Of a stretch of DNA of 64,000 nt, positions 25,160 through 38,870 are shown piece after piece. Both the position numbers and the translations under genes were made by a program. The notes under the pieces are model-generated. The model was not told where the DNA came from, made no database searches, and worked only from the letters and a program-made list of their open reading frames with translations. This stretch comes from Lytechinus pictus. Its lineage: Eukaryota. Location of the stretch: NCBI RefSeq assembly GCF_037042905.1, contig NC_087251.1, forward strand, positions 11,534,001 through 11,598,000, written 5' to 3'. Each line of letters starts with the position of its first letter. Positions within the stretch are counted from its first letter, which is position 1.

Positions 25160-26683
25160 TCTAAATCTCTTTTCCTTACTCTAACATGTCTAATAGCCAA
25201 GTTTTCTTTCTCTCACGGTTGCTCTGTCTCTCCCATCTCTCTCGGTTATTTCCCCTTTCTCTCTCTTAAGTTAAAACAAAGGCATGATAATTGTAGTGTC
25301 TTCGGATAATGATTTTTGTTTTTGATCGACACCACGCGTTCGTCCATCCCACACTGCTATTTGTACCATCACTTAATATTTTTTAGATGACCATGTCGTC
25401 GGCGATCATCCGAACCGTCGCACAGGTACGACAGTGCAAACCCATTTCAGAGAAATTTGACTTCAAAGTTTATTAAAATTTCAAAGTTTATTTTAAAAAA
25501 ATTGGGGGGGGGGCGATGCCCATGCACCCCCCAAATTTTTTTTTTGAAAGTTTCACTGTCGAATATTCCTTGCAGACACATATAAATAATTTTGTGGGGG
25601 CTAACCGAGGTCACTTAATAGATTACAAAATCATAGGATATTGCATAACGAGTACAAGGGAATGAATGTCCGAATATGGTGCTGTATAAAGGAATAAGTC
25701 TACACTCTGAAAATAGTTGGGCAAAAATGTCCAACTTTTAACCAACCCTGGGCAACATACTGTCTACACAACTATTGGTTAAAGTCTGTCTAAATTGGGT
25801 AATAAATTTGTTCAGTTGGATAATAATTGCCCAGAATATATATATATATATTACCAACATACATTACCCAACACAGTGGACAGTATGTTGCCCAACATTT
25901 TAAGTGTGTATGGTGAAAACAAGAGCTAGACAGGAGAGACAAAATTGCTACGGCGTTATCTCAGAACCTATCAACTTGATAATGTGTCTTATTTCGTCTA
26001 TGCCTAAAGAAATTATGTAAGTTGTTGGACCAAAATAAGAATTAAAAACAATCAGAATGTATTCATTTATTTTTATTTATTAAAATATCTTTATACAGGA
26101 TAACAAGCACAGAATGACTGTTTTTCAGCATGGTCCTGTTAACATGAAATAACAATAAATGATATACATGATAAATTATTGCAAAACCATCCATCGCACA
26201 AATTGAATGCTTAAGATATTGCATATAAAAATTTTAGAGCTATTTGCCAGATAAAATTCATGAAGATATAATATCCTAAAAAAATGACAAGGCTTCCAAT
26301 CAACCTCTGACCGTATCGATATTAAAAATAATACAAAGTGTAAAGTTATTTTTTGTCAAAGACTGAATAGTTACCCCCAAAATGATAATAAACTTGCGAA
26401 TTTTTATAATTATATGGGACATTATTATATTGCATAACATGAAAAAGGTCCATCATAATAGACCCACTGTAAAGCCGGTATAGTAAGGATTTTTTTTGTG
26501 GGGGCTTATTTTTTTTCGGGGGGGGGGTGTTCTCTAAAGTTGATTTTGTTTTAGTTTTGTAATAGTAGGCTTACTATAGGTGTATCCTTTAGAAAGGGCA
26601 GGCTATATCTGTCCATGTTGTTAAACTTTGTGGATGTTGGTATAGCTCTTGGATATAACCAACCACTTTATCAGTAGAACAAT

Positions 26684-27427
26684 CAGTGGCGGCACCAAGG
26701 GGGGGGGGGGGGCATTTGCCTGCAGTCAAGATCGTTGCCCTTCCCCCCTAAAATTTTGACAACTGAATAAAAAAATGAATTAAATGCTATCATAAACATC
26801 CTACTCGAGCTATAAAGTGCTCCAAAGCAACATTCTTACCCTTCAAATATTAAAATTTTGTCACCATGCCATTGTTAGCTCCCAACAATATTAGTCTCTA
26901 ACACAAATCTTTCAGGTCATTATATAAAATTAAAAATTTCGTCGCGCTTCGTGCTCGCAGTGGCTGTCGATTGAGATAAATAAATGCGTTCAATAGGATA
27001 ACATGGGACTTAAAAATCCAGTTTTCAAGCCGATTTGCACAAATTCTTTTTCTAGAGATTCGAGTTTTCATTATTTGTTTTAGCAAGATATACGCATCCT
27101 GCATGTTCATAATTTTCAGCTACGCGCTAGCATCCATTGTTTAGTGAGATACCCATCCTGTTCATGGTTGCTTAAATGGTGCTTAAATAACGTCAAGTTA
27201 TCATATCAGGATTTTTTTTTAGCTAGCGCTTTGCACTCGCATTATATATTGGAGAGATATAATCTTTATAGTTCTTAACAGGTCCATTTTCCAGTCAGAA
27301 GTGCCTACTTTTAGAAATGTTAGCTCGTGCTTCGCGCTCGCGATTTTGTGTAAACAGGCAAACTGAAAAAATTCATGTCCGCCTTTGCCCCCCCCCCCCC
27401 CCGTTGAAAATCCTGGTGCCTCCACTG
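26684..27427. mobile_element. Non-autonomous hAT-like element with the GCGAAGC satellite in reverse orientation
   Basis: TIR CAGTGGCGGCACCA ... TGGTGCCTCCACTG. TSD AGAACAAT/GGAACAAT (7 of 8 match). Confidence 0.8.
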
Positions 27428-27607
27428 GGAACAATAATTTCTTCAATTGGTCAGCAGATAGTCAGTAGGGGGCCTACTTGTAAAATGACCCCCCCTCCCA
27501 CATGCCCCCAAGAATGAAAATACATCCCTTCATTATGATTAGTAACAATTTTATTAGTACTGCACTATCATTATTGTTTTTGCTATCATCCATATTCTTC
27601 TCCTTTT

Positions 27608-27772
27608 TGTTATTATTATTAGAATTGATATCATTATTATTAATATTAATATTATTATTACTACGATTATTATTATTATTATTACTACGATTATTATTAT
27701 TATTATTATTATTATTACTACGATTATTATTATTATCATTATTATTATTATTGTTATTGTTATTATTATCAT
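27608..27772. repeat. (ATT)n microsatellite, probably the tail of a minus-strand retroelement
   Basis: Direct reading. It accounts for the poly-L and poly-I ORFs. Confidence 0.85.
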
Positions 27773-28619
27773 CAAGTCCTGTTTATACAGGGTATATAGC
27801 CTGCAGACTGTTCACACAGAGGGCCCTGTTACATGCCCACAAATACAAAAAGCAAAGGACAACAAAAAATAGAACGATACAGCAAAAAGAAAATAGGCCT
27901 ATAAAAACATAGTGTAAGTTTTCAAAAAGACAATATAAAAATCATTGAAAGAGCAAGTTTTGTATGTGCTAGTCTTTACGTGGAGACACACTTGCTGATC
28001 AAATTTTCAATCAGGGTCTGTGCCTGCAGACTACTAACATAGCTCCATGATGGGATGTTGACAGTGCACTTCAGAACCAGCTCCAATTTTTGTTGGAGTT
28101 AAAGGGGGGGGGTTACCCTGAAGGTTGTAAAAATAGTAAAAATAATAGAAAATATTGGTAAAGGTTTGACGAAAATCCATTAAAATTAGAATTTTAACTT
28201 TTGGATTTGTGACGTCATAAACGAGCAGCTGTCCCATATGTTATGTAACATAAAATGCATAAATTTATTTTTTTATGGTTCATGATGACTTATTTTTGTT
28301 CTTTTTTTTAGGAACGGTTGTGAAATGATTTGCCTATATTAATATACTTAAAGTAAAAAAAAAATACAGTTTTCTGATAAAATGGCATTTCATTGATATG
28401 TTTACCATACTGTAGGAAAGATGCTCGCATTTAATGACGTCACAAATCAAATAATTGAAATTCTAATCACCCTTTTTTCTTTGATGGATTTTTCTCAAAC
28501 CTTCGGCAAAATTCTTTCTGCTATTTTTACAATAAACTTTTTGTCAGGGTGAACTTCCCCTTTCCGAAGAGCAAAACGCGACGGTCCAAACATTATCTAT
28601 GGCATGCTATGATGGGCTT

Positions 28620-28895
28620 CATACAAATACATGAGATTTGTATAGCACACTCGAGCGCACTTTCCATCTTGATTAGATGTTCAAGGCGCTTCAGAGCAGA
28701 ACAAAAACTATTTACATAAGTTATAATACATGTCTGAACAATAAGTCAATGTCTATCAAAAAGCACTCTTATACATTTTTCAGGTTGCCCTTGAAGGTGG
28801 TCACCGAAGTCTGGGTTTTCAAACTCTGTGGGAATTCACAGGCTAGCATGAGCAAAGGCCCGTTCCCCGCATGATTACTTAGCAACTGGAATTTT
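28620..28895 (-). mobile_element. L2/CR1-group LINE 3' fragment
   Basis: The minus strand reads a decayed GERAFAHA...TSVTTFKGNLK, then a 3' UTR beginning agcgccttgaacatc. Confidence 0.6.
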
Positions 28896-29056
28896 AAGAG
28901 ATTAGATTAGATTAGAGATTAGTATCGTAAATTTCTAGAGGGTTGGTAATTATGCATTGAGAATGATTTTTATTTTTGGAAGTACTTTAGCCCCATATAA
29001 TATCAGAGGGACATTTTTGGGGGACGCGCTGTATATTATATACGAAACAAAAATAA

Positions 29057-29138
29057 CGACGAGGATGGGATTCGAACCCACGCGTGCAGAGCACAATGGA
29101 TTAGCAGTCCATCGCCTTAACCACTCGGCCACCTCGTC
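29057..29138 (-). tRNA. tRNA-Ser(GCT), intact
   Basis: Identical to 2310-2391, with a TTTTT terminator a few nt downstream. Confidence 0.97.
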
Positions 29139-29518
29139 AATCTGGCTATACAGGAGCGCTTATAATTTTATATCTCCAGTGCGTATTGGGCTAATTCTAG
29201 CGACCATTAGCGCGACCGTAAAGATGTCGCGCAGTTAGCAGACCATCGTACCCAAAATACGGTGTCTTCAAAAGGACAAACAAAATCGAGAAGACTATAT
29301 AAATTTTAGGTTTGGACGTAAAAGTACAATATTACACTGACTCATATTCATTACACGTAGACGGGATGAATGACTCATATTCATTACACGTAGACGGGAT
29401 GAATGATTATTGTAAAAAAAAAAAGTATTTTGCTGAGGGAATCAAAATCAAGGATTCCATGCAAGTTACCTTTGGATGGCAGTTACCATTATAATGGTTA
29501 CTTAGGCGATGGGGCCCT

Positions 29519-31760
29519 TGACCCTAATTAGACTTGGGAAAGCCCCCCCTCGACATTTTTCGTGATATATCCGCCACACAAAATTACTTGACTGCGTCGC
29601 TCGCTGACTTTATACTTCCAAGTCTCGTGCAACGAGAAAATTGTGACCCCCGGGTACGCGGTTCCGAAATTACACAACATTTCGTAAGTGCATGCAGACC
29701 CAAAATTGCTCAAAAACGTGAATTTTGTACAAATTCAATGCAAATAGTGTTTTTAGTCAAAATTCTTGTCTTTCCTTTTATGAATTGAAATAAATCAATT
29801 TCATCTTGTTTATGGTCAAAATAAAATCCCGACAATTTCCATTGAAAAAAAAACATAAAAATGCATAAGAAATTTAGAAAACAATAAAATACATAAAAAA
29901 CTAAATGTGATTTTTTAAAGTAATAATAATTATAATAATAATAATTGTAAATTTATATTGCACAATTTCTATTTGGATATACTCAACTGCGCATTACAAT
30001 ACATAACAGATAAGCAGAAAAACAATTATTAACAGGATACGCTTTAGAAGTAAATTTAAGTTCGCTAAATTAATCAAAGAAAAATAAGTAAATATTTATT
30101 ATTTCTACATAATACATAACAAAAAAGTGACTTATTTATTAAAACTCTCTTGAAATAGGTGGGATTTCAGTTTAGTTTTAAATAAGTTGACAGAGGATGC
30201 ATTTCTTATTGAGGAAGGGAGACTATTCCAGAGTTTGGGTGCAGCACTGATAAAGGCACGGTCACCTAGTGTAATCTTTGTTTTACATGGTGGGAGACTG
30301 AGGAGCATTGTGTCATGGGAACTACGAAGCCCGTAAGACTGGGTGGGTGATTTTAATTTAAGGAGTTCACTGAGATAGGTGGGGGCCATGTCATGTAGTA
30401 TCTTATATGTTAGGAGCATTATTATTTTTTTTTTTTTAAAAGCAGTATTTCTGCATTTATTAATAAATCAAAATTACAAATTTATAACAATGATATAAAA
30501 TCAAACATACCTACTGATCAAGTTACAAAGGTGACAATTGTATAGTAGTTAAGTAGATATATAGACATAATATTCATGTAAACAATAACAAATGAATTTA
30601 AATGCAGAGGCCAGCTATCGTAAGCTGAAAGCTTGAAATAATAGCAGCCAGGGGAGGCTACATGGAAACCATAATAAAAATACCGGGTCTTTATTATTTA
30701 AAAATGATGTCACTTATATTGCTTAAAATATAATAAAAGGAAAGGGGGGGAATTTGAATTTGATTCGCTGACGTACTGGAAGCCAATGTAGATCGTGGAG
30801 TAGGGGCCTTACATGGGAAAATTTGGGGGAATTACAATTGAGTCTGGCACATGCATTTTGAACACGCTGTAATTTGTTTATCTGAGAATCTGGTAAGTCA
30901 AAAAGTAGTCCATTACAATAATCCAATTTGCTTGTTACAAGTGCATGGACCAGTGTATTAATACATGTGCTGCTTAAATATTTTTGGATATGACGTAAGT
31001 TGTAGAGATGATAGAAGGCAGTTTTGCATGTTTTGGATATGTGGGTTTCCATGTTTAACTGCGAGTCAAACCAGACACCAAGGTTTTTGCAACCATGGTC
31101 TGCTTGACTACAGTATTTCCAACTGTTATGCAATCTATATATAGTTTAGACACTTGTCTAGGTGTTCCAATGATAAGAAACTCAGTTTTGCTATCATTGA
31201 GTTTCAACTTACTGCTCAAGGCTCAACATCCATCTACGAAGTTCCTGTAGACAGTGCATGTTCAAGAACCAAAACACAGGACTGTTGTTGTTCCCTGACT
31301 GGGCTGAAGGAAATGTATAATTGAGTGTCATCTGCATAGCAGAGTGTGCTTTGATAACCGAAAAAAGTATACATAGTAGAATAGAGGGAAAAAAGGAGAG
31401 GTCCGAGCCTGGACCCTTGGGGAATGCCCCATCTAACGTCAAATTTCTTTGAGGTAATGTCACCAATTGATATTTGTTGCTGCCTATCGGAAAGGTAAGA
31501 CTGCAACCAAGACAACATTTAATCAGATTCCTATAAAGAGTTTGTGAACCCAAAATGAGCATTTAAGTGGCAATATTTAGTTAATTAGGGCAAAATTTTA
31601 ATTTTACACATAAATTAGCATAATTAATTAGCAATGAGATTTCTTGCAGGATTTTATCTTACAGTTTTGTAGATTATGACATGAGAAATGCGTGTGCCAA
31701 TTTTTGTCGAAATCGCGAGATCGACGGCCGAGATAGGGGCTGATTCAGTCCCCCCCCCCT
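29519..31760. mobile_element. DNA element of the 7287-8210 family (opposite orientation) hosting an L2 insertion
   Basis: Both end segments resemble the reverse complement of 7330-7490 and 8000-8150. Confidence 0.6.
29925..31520 (-). mobile_element. 5'-truncated, frameshifted L2/CR1-group LINE, interrupted at about 30420-30750 by another poly(A)-tailed fragment
   Basis: WLQSYLSDRQQ, GIPQGSRLGPLLF, YADDTQLY, KNLGVWFDSQL, SKLDYCNGLL, LHWLPVRQRIKFK, GDRAFISAAPKLWNSLP, and an (ATT)n tail. Confidence 0.92.
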
Positions 31761-32667
31761 TCACGCTTTTTTTTATAATGATGACAATCATGATCGTACA
31801 CAGGAGGGGCGTCGCTTGGCCTTTTCCAGTAGGGGGGTGTGGAGGACCTGATTACCGTCAAATATCGGTAGCGACTACCGACGTCCGGCAACCATGAATC
31901 TTGGGAGTGTTCGACATTCTCCTTAGTCACATTTTCTTTCGTCATACCCAGGATCAGTTTCAGCTTTTATCGATTGGGAGGGGGAGAGATATTTTAATCA
32001 ACACTTTCCCGTCGCGGCCGCCGAAATCTGATTTTCTTTTTCTTTCATTAAGCATGTTAAGGGGTCAGTCCTAACTAAACTTTCATTTTTAGAAGCAACA
32101 TAAGGTATTGAATGTGGCCTGAATATAAATTACCACGCGAGCGCGAAGCGCGAGCTCAAATTTTTGGATATTTAGCCATGAAAATTGTACATTGTGAGTA
32201 GTTTTTGTAATCATCATGGGGTATCTAACCAAACGATCTGAAAATGTTAATATAATGGACAGTAGAAAGACCTGATAAAGACTGTTCGCAGAGATCCATG
32301 AAATAATTTTTCTCTCAATGCGAGCGCGAAGCGCTAGCTAAATAATTGTATATTTCGACATAAGAACTTGATTGCAACCATGAAGAGGGAAGATATATCA
32401 ACCAAACAATTGATGCGAGCGCGAAGCGCGAGCTGAAATTTTGATTTCCGTCCAGAAAACTGGACATTTTAAGCACTTTTTGCATGAGTACAGCAATTCA
32501 TGTTTTATACTTTTAATTAACCTTTCTGAAAAAGGACATGTTTATCAACTGTTTGCAGTGACTCATTAATATAATACATTTCTCACTAATCAAATAGACC
32601 GAGCGCAAAGCGCGAGCTGAAATTTTTATAGATATTGGACCTGAAAACTGGACTGTTTAAACATTTT

Positions 32668-33548
32668 TTAATAAGGGAACGCAGTAAACGAGCTGAAGTT
32701 TTCTTCAGATTAAGAACTAAAAACAGATCATTCGAAGCAATATAACCATGAAGAATGTCGGCATAGAACTAAGCAACTGTTGCGAGCGTGAACTGATTTT
32801 TGTAAAAATTATTTTACAACCTAAAATTTGACACTTTCAACAATTTTTGCAATCATGAACATGATGGTTATCTAATCAAACTTAGATTTGAAATCGGACA
32901 TTCCATGTAGTTTTTATATATAATCATGAAAAGGAAGGGTATCACTGAATGATGCGAACGCGAAGCGCGAGCTGAAAATTTTGCATATTTTCACGTGAAA
33001 ACTAAATATTTTTATATATTTTTACATTAAAACAAACTCAGTTTCTGCATCTGTAATCGAACAAGCTGTGTATCTCAATAAACATTAATCCGAGCGCGAA
33101 GCGCGAGCTATTTTTTAAATTTTTATATTTGACTTGAAAACTAAACGTTTTTACATGATTCTATATCAAAACAAACTCGGTTTCTGCATCGGTAATTGAA
33201 CAACATGTGCATCTCATTAAACACAATGCCAGTGCGAAGCGCAAGTTGAAAATTTTGGGATATTTTTACTTGAAAACTAAATATTTTCCATGTTTGTACA
33301 GGTTGATTTAATTTGAAACAAACTCAGTTTCTGCACCTGTAATTGAACAAGATGTGTATCTCAATAAACATAATGCGAGCGCGAAGCGCGAGCTGAAATT
33401 CCGATTTACCATCTCGAAAGGGAACATTTTAAGCACTGTCCAACATGAAGGAGAATGGTTCCCTGTCGGTACCGAAGTATGAAATGACAACTCTTGATAC
33501 TTTGACCTGAAAACTGAACTTTTTCACAATTTTTATAAGAACAAACTT
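32668..33548 (+). repeat. Copy 1 of the ~880-bp direct duplication flanking the LINE
   Basis: Runs ttaataagggaac ... ttttataagaacaaactt and is nearly identical to 36833-37712. Confidence 0.95.
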
Positions 33549-36500
33549 TTTTTTTCTTTCTTTCAATAGCATTTATTTAATCATCTGAATATACATTTCA
33601 CATTTACATCAAAATACATTAAACATAATCAAATAATACATACGGAAGACGATACAGAGATTTACCAGTACAGTTTATGTTCATATCTAGTCTCCTACGC
33701 AATTCTGATTTAAATAAAAACGTTAGATTTGATGGTCTATTGTCTACTTTCCTGTAATTACGTAGCAAAATTGATTTATACACAGTCCAAAAAGCTATAT
33801 TAATGATATCATCTAGTTCTTTGTGCTCGTTATATTTTATCAAAAGATCGACATCGATAACAACGTGTTTATTGAAGGCTTTTTTAATCAACCAAATTAT
33901 ATATGACCAAAAATTTTGATTCAATTCACAAGTGATCAAAGCATGTGTTATGTCTTCTTCTACATGGCAACTAAATTACAATAAGCATCTTCGCTTATAC
34001 GCCATTTACATAAATTTCTTTTCACAGGCAATATATTATACAGTATTTTTAAATTAAATGATCTAAGTTTGTTTTCTTTTACTGTTAACAAGTTTCTCTC
34101 GAAACAAATATTCCAGCCTATACTCATTTTCGAAATATTTTCCCAAAAGAAACAACAATGTGAATTTGACCCTTCAAGACGTATAATATAATTGTAAAAG
34201 TATCTTGAAGGTACATGGTCCAGACATTTTACTGAGTTACCTATTTTTAGTTTGGGTATATCAAGATGCGCATATCTTTGTAGGTTCTTATTAAAAGATT
34301 TTGAGAGCCAAATTTTTGGTATAGCTTGCCTCAATTTTGAATAATAAAAAATGACAGATCTTTTACTGTTTTTAAATTTCAACATTGATGAAATTTCGGA
34401 TACATCTTTAAAGCCTCCATCCACATTCAAAATGTCTTCCAAGTATATTATTCCGCTATTATACCATTCCTTGAAAAATAGTGGTGATTTATTAAAAACA
34501 ATATAATGATTAAACCATAGAATATTTTCAGCCTCATGTTCTTTTCTGAATAATATTTCTTTATCAATCAGACTCCAAGCTCGAATTATTTCAACATAAA
34601 AGGGAGGTATTTTCTTGTCAAACAATGGGGTAACATTGTGAACCCGAAAGTCGCTATTCAAGATTAGATTAAGAGTTCCAAAACGCTCAAACCAATAATT
34701 TCCAAGTGTTTTCAACATAGAATTTACCTCATTTGTTAACCTTCCTAACCACCTTAATCTGAAACTGACTTCTTTCTTTTCTATATCAACCATTTTCAAA
34801 CCACCTTGTGTGTAATCTTTGATATGTTCATCACATCTTCTAACCTTTTCCATTCGTGAATTCCAAAGAAATTTGAAAAACATTCTATTTAGTTTCTTAA
34901 TAATTATTGATGGAACATAATTAAACATAAGCAAATGAACTACTTGGCTTAATGCCAGGCATTTCACAATCGTCACTCTACCATATAATGTCAGGTTTCT
35001 TTTTCGCCAATTATCGAGGAGACGCATTTTCTCTAACTTATTTTCCCAATTTGCACTGTTAGCAATTTGCTCATTATTAGAGATAAAAAAGCCCAAATAT
35101 TTTACCGGGTTTTCTGCCCATGTCAGGTCAAGGTCTTGTATCACCCATCGATTTTTTTTTCTTACCTATCCATAAGAGTGCAGTTTTTTCTTTGTTAATT
35201 TTAGGACCGGCTACACTACCAAAATCTTCTAATTCAGTTAAAATAATTTCTAATGAGCTATCGTCTCCAACAAAAAAGGTAGTATCATCTGCATACTGTA
35301 ATATCTTTAACTCAAAGTGACCATTGGTTTCATCAAAACAAACACCTCTTATAGTATCATTTTTACGTATTTTGTTTGCAAAGAATTCAGCTGCAATCAC
35401 AAACAGGAGTGCCGAAAGAGGACAGCCTTGCCGTATTCCTCTTTGCACTTGAAACTCTTCTGTTATCCTGCCATTTACAATTACTGAACTTACTATCTGA
35501 TTGTAAAGGACACAGATCCAATTGCGAAATTCATTGCCAAAATTCAACTTGTCTAAGCATTTCATTATAAAAGATATATCAATACAATCAAATGCTTTGG
35601 TGAAATCAACCATCATGACCGCACCTTCAACATTTTTTTCATGCATGTAATCTATCATATCTTTAACAATTCTTACATTGAAACCTCCTAATCGTCCTTT
35701 AATATACCCTACTTGTGTTTCCATAATAATACTCGTTAATATCTTTTGTAATCTTAATGCTAGAGCTGTTGCAATTATTTTATAGTCGCAATTGAGTAGT
35801 GTTACTGGTCTCCAGTTCTTTAAATCGTCACTGTTTCCTTTTTTATAAATCAAAGTTATGAGACCTTTTCGTTGTGAAGGCGACATCTGTCCATTACTGA
35901 AAAATTCATTGAATGCATATTTCTTCCCAGAAAACTTGATAAATTCGATAGGCAGGCCGTCCATACCTGGCGCTTTATTCCTCTTCATAGAGAAAACAGC
36001 CTTTTTGCATTCTGCCATATTCATTAAGCCTTCACATTTATTTCTTTCATCTTGACTAAGCCTTTTCACATCTTGTGAGAACACATATTTATTCATATGA
36101 TCTAAATTAATATGATTTCTCTTATACAGATCTTCATAATACAGTTTAACTTCTCTTAAGATATGTTGTTGCTTAGTAACTACATGTCTCTTCCCATTCA
36201 CTCTTAGTTGAGTAATAAGCTTATTTTCCCCATTTTTTTTTCTCAAGGGATAAAAAATAGTTTGTGTTTTTTTCCCCTTCTTCCGTCCATCTGATCCGTG
36301 ACCTTACTGCGGCCCCTTTACATTCATTTATGTATAACTTCTCTAACTTTTCTTTAACTTGAAGGTATTTTTCTTTTGATATATCATTATTTCTATTGTC
36401 TAAATCACATTCATATTTGGCTAACTTAATTTCCAAAAGTTCTTTTTCACGTTTTGTTTTCCTTTTTCGTTTGCTAAATTTCTGAGAAAATTCTCTACAT

Positions 36501-36840
36501 TTAATCTTCAGAATCTCTAGTTTCATCATAGAGGTATTTCATTATCACTGAGACATTTTGATATAACATTTCTAATTCCTGTCTTAAAGTTATTGTCACT
36601 AAGGTAGGAAGTATTTAGTTTACAATATCCTGGACCTTTAATTATATCGCTCAATCTTAATTTCAAAGAAATTGCATTATGATCTCCCTTATCAACGGGT
36701 CTAATGTCTGTAGAGACAACTTTCCCCAACATGTCCTTACTTATTATCCAATAGTCTAATCTGGATGCAATATCCATATTCATATTTCTCCAAGTGAATT
36801 GTCTTACATCTTTGTTAAATTTTCTCCAGACATTAATAAG
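33547..36840 (-). mobile_element. 5'-truncated L1/Tx1-type non-LTR retrotransposon with a frameshifted ORF2
   Basis: Endonuclease C-terminus (VWRK, FTW, SRLDYW, DHNAI), RT (KAPGMDGLP, NWRPVTLLNCDYK, GIRQGCPLS, QYADD), a C-terminal Cys/His remnant, AATAAA and an A-rich tail at 33547-33577. Confidence 0.95.
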
Positions 36841-37712
36841 GGAACTCAGTAAACGAGCTGAAGTTTTCTTCAGATTTAGAACTAAAAACAGATCATTCGA
36901 AGCAATGTAACCATGAAGAATGTCGGCATAGAACTAAGCAACTGTTGCGAGCGTGAACTGATTTAAAAAAAATTATTTTACAACCTAAAATTTGACACTT
37001 TCAACACTTTTTGCAATCATGAACATGATGGTTATTTAATCAAACTTATATTTGAAATCGGACATTCCATGTAGTTTTTATATATAATCATGAAAAGGAA
37101 GGGTATCACTGAATGATGCGAACGCGAAGCGCGAGCTGAAAATTTTGCATATTTTCACGTGAAAACTAAATATTTTTATATGTTTTTACATTAAAACAAA
37201 CTCAGTTTCTGCATCTGTAATCGAACAAGCTGTGTATCTCAATAAACATTAATCCGAGCGCGAAGCGCGAGCTATTTTTTAAATTTTTATATTTGACTTG
37301 AAAACTAAACGTTTTTACATGATTCTATATCAAAACAAACTCGGTTTCTGCATCGGTAATTGAACAACATGTGCATCTCATTAAACACAATGCCAGTGCG
37401 AAGCGCAAGTTGAAAATTTTGGGATATTTTGACTTGAAAACTAAATATTTTCCATTTTTGTACAGGTTGATTTAATTTGAAACAAACTCAGTTTCTGCAT
37501 CTGTAATTGAACAAGATGTGTATCTCAATAAACATAATGCGAGCGCGAAGCGCGAGCTGAAATTCCGATTTACCATCTCGAAAGGGAACATTTTAAGCAC
37601 TGTCCAACATGAAGGAGAATGGTTCCCTGTCGGTACCGAAGTATGAAATGACAACTCTTGATACTTTGACCTGAAAACTGAACTTTTTCACAATTTTTAT
37701 AAGAACAAACTT
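36833..37712 (+). repeat. Copy 2 of the ~880-bp direct duplication
   Basis: Matches 32668-33548. Duplicate 60-aa ORFs 33308-33490 and 37472-37654 differ at one residue. Confidence 0.95.
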
Positions 37713-38394
37713 AACTTCCGCATATGCAATTGAACAAGCTGTGTATCTCAATGCGAGCGCGAAGCACGAGTGGAAATTTTCGATATTCTGAGGGAAATTT
37801 AGGTAACATTTTCACTAAAAATATGATGCGAGCGCGAAGCGCGAGCTGATTTTTTTAAATATTTAGACTTTAAACCGGGACATTCTTATCACTGTCGGTA
37901 CAGAAGGGCGAGTTGAGAACTATTGATGTTTTGACTTGAAAACTTAACTTTTTCACACGTTTTTTTAATATAAAGAACAATCTAAGATATGCATATTCAA
38001 TTAAACAATCTGTGTATCTTAATGCGAGCGCGAAGCGCGAGCGGAAATTATTTGATATTCTGAGGGAATTTTAAACAACATTTTCAGCAAAATTTTAATA
38101 AATATATGATGCGAGGGCGAAGCGCGAGCTGAATTTTTGAGATGTAGATCTTAAACCGAGACTTTCTAATCAGTATTGGTAGCCTATACAGCGAGCTCCC
38201 CACGATCACAATGCGAAAAAAATCTTTCTTTCTTTCTTTCTTTCCTTCCTTCGTTCCTTCCTTCCTTTTCCCCTTTTTTTTCTCTTTTTCCCTTTTCCTT
38301 TCCTCTTTCTCCCTTCTTTTTTCCCCTTTAGTCGCTCCTTTTTTTTTCATTTTTCCCGACGATATCCAAATAGTCCGCGACCGAAAAGATAGTA

Positions 38395-38870
38395 CATGCC
38401 TTGATTTCTGTAATGTCCTTTTGTTTAATTTACCGCAGGCTCAGTTATATAAGCTTCAGAATGCAGCTGCTCGCCACTTTGTCAAGTAAACGCTCTCATA
38501 TCAATCCCATCTTGTATTCGCTGCACTGGCTCCCTATTAAAAATCGGATTATCTTTAAGATTTTGTTGCTTGCTTTTCATAGTATTCTTGGATCAGCACA
38601 ACACAGTCTTTCATTTATCAATTACTACAGACCAAGCAGGTCTTTGCGCTCATCCACTTCTGGCTTCCTTGTCATTCCAAAAGTTTCAAAAACTTGGGGG
38701 GAAAGATCATTTGCTTTTGTGGAATAGCCTTCCTGAAGACACTAAAAAATGTACCTCTGTCGAAGCTTTCAAAAATCTTCTAAAAACTTTTTTATTTAAA
38801 TATTAGCTCTTTATGCGCCTTGAGCACTCTACAGAGTGGATTTGGTGCTTTATAAGCCACATTATTATTA
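38395..38870 (+). mobile_element. L2/CR1-group LINE 3' fragment
   Basis: LDFCNVLL, KLQNAAAR, HINPILYSLHWLPIKNRIIFKIL, WGERSF, LWNSLP, LKTFLFKY*, then a 3' UTR with an (ATT)n tail. Confidence 0.88.

Noticed and set aside
27502..27912. Poly-Leu and poly-Ile ORFs (also 2965-3208)
   Set aside because: Translations of (ATT)n microsatellites.
33619..36783. Five adjacent minus-strand ORFs as a multi-gene system
   Set aside because: They are consecutive frameshifted pieces of one LINE ORF2.
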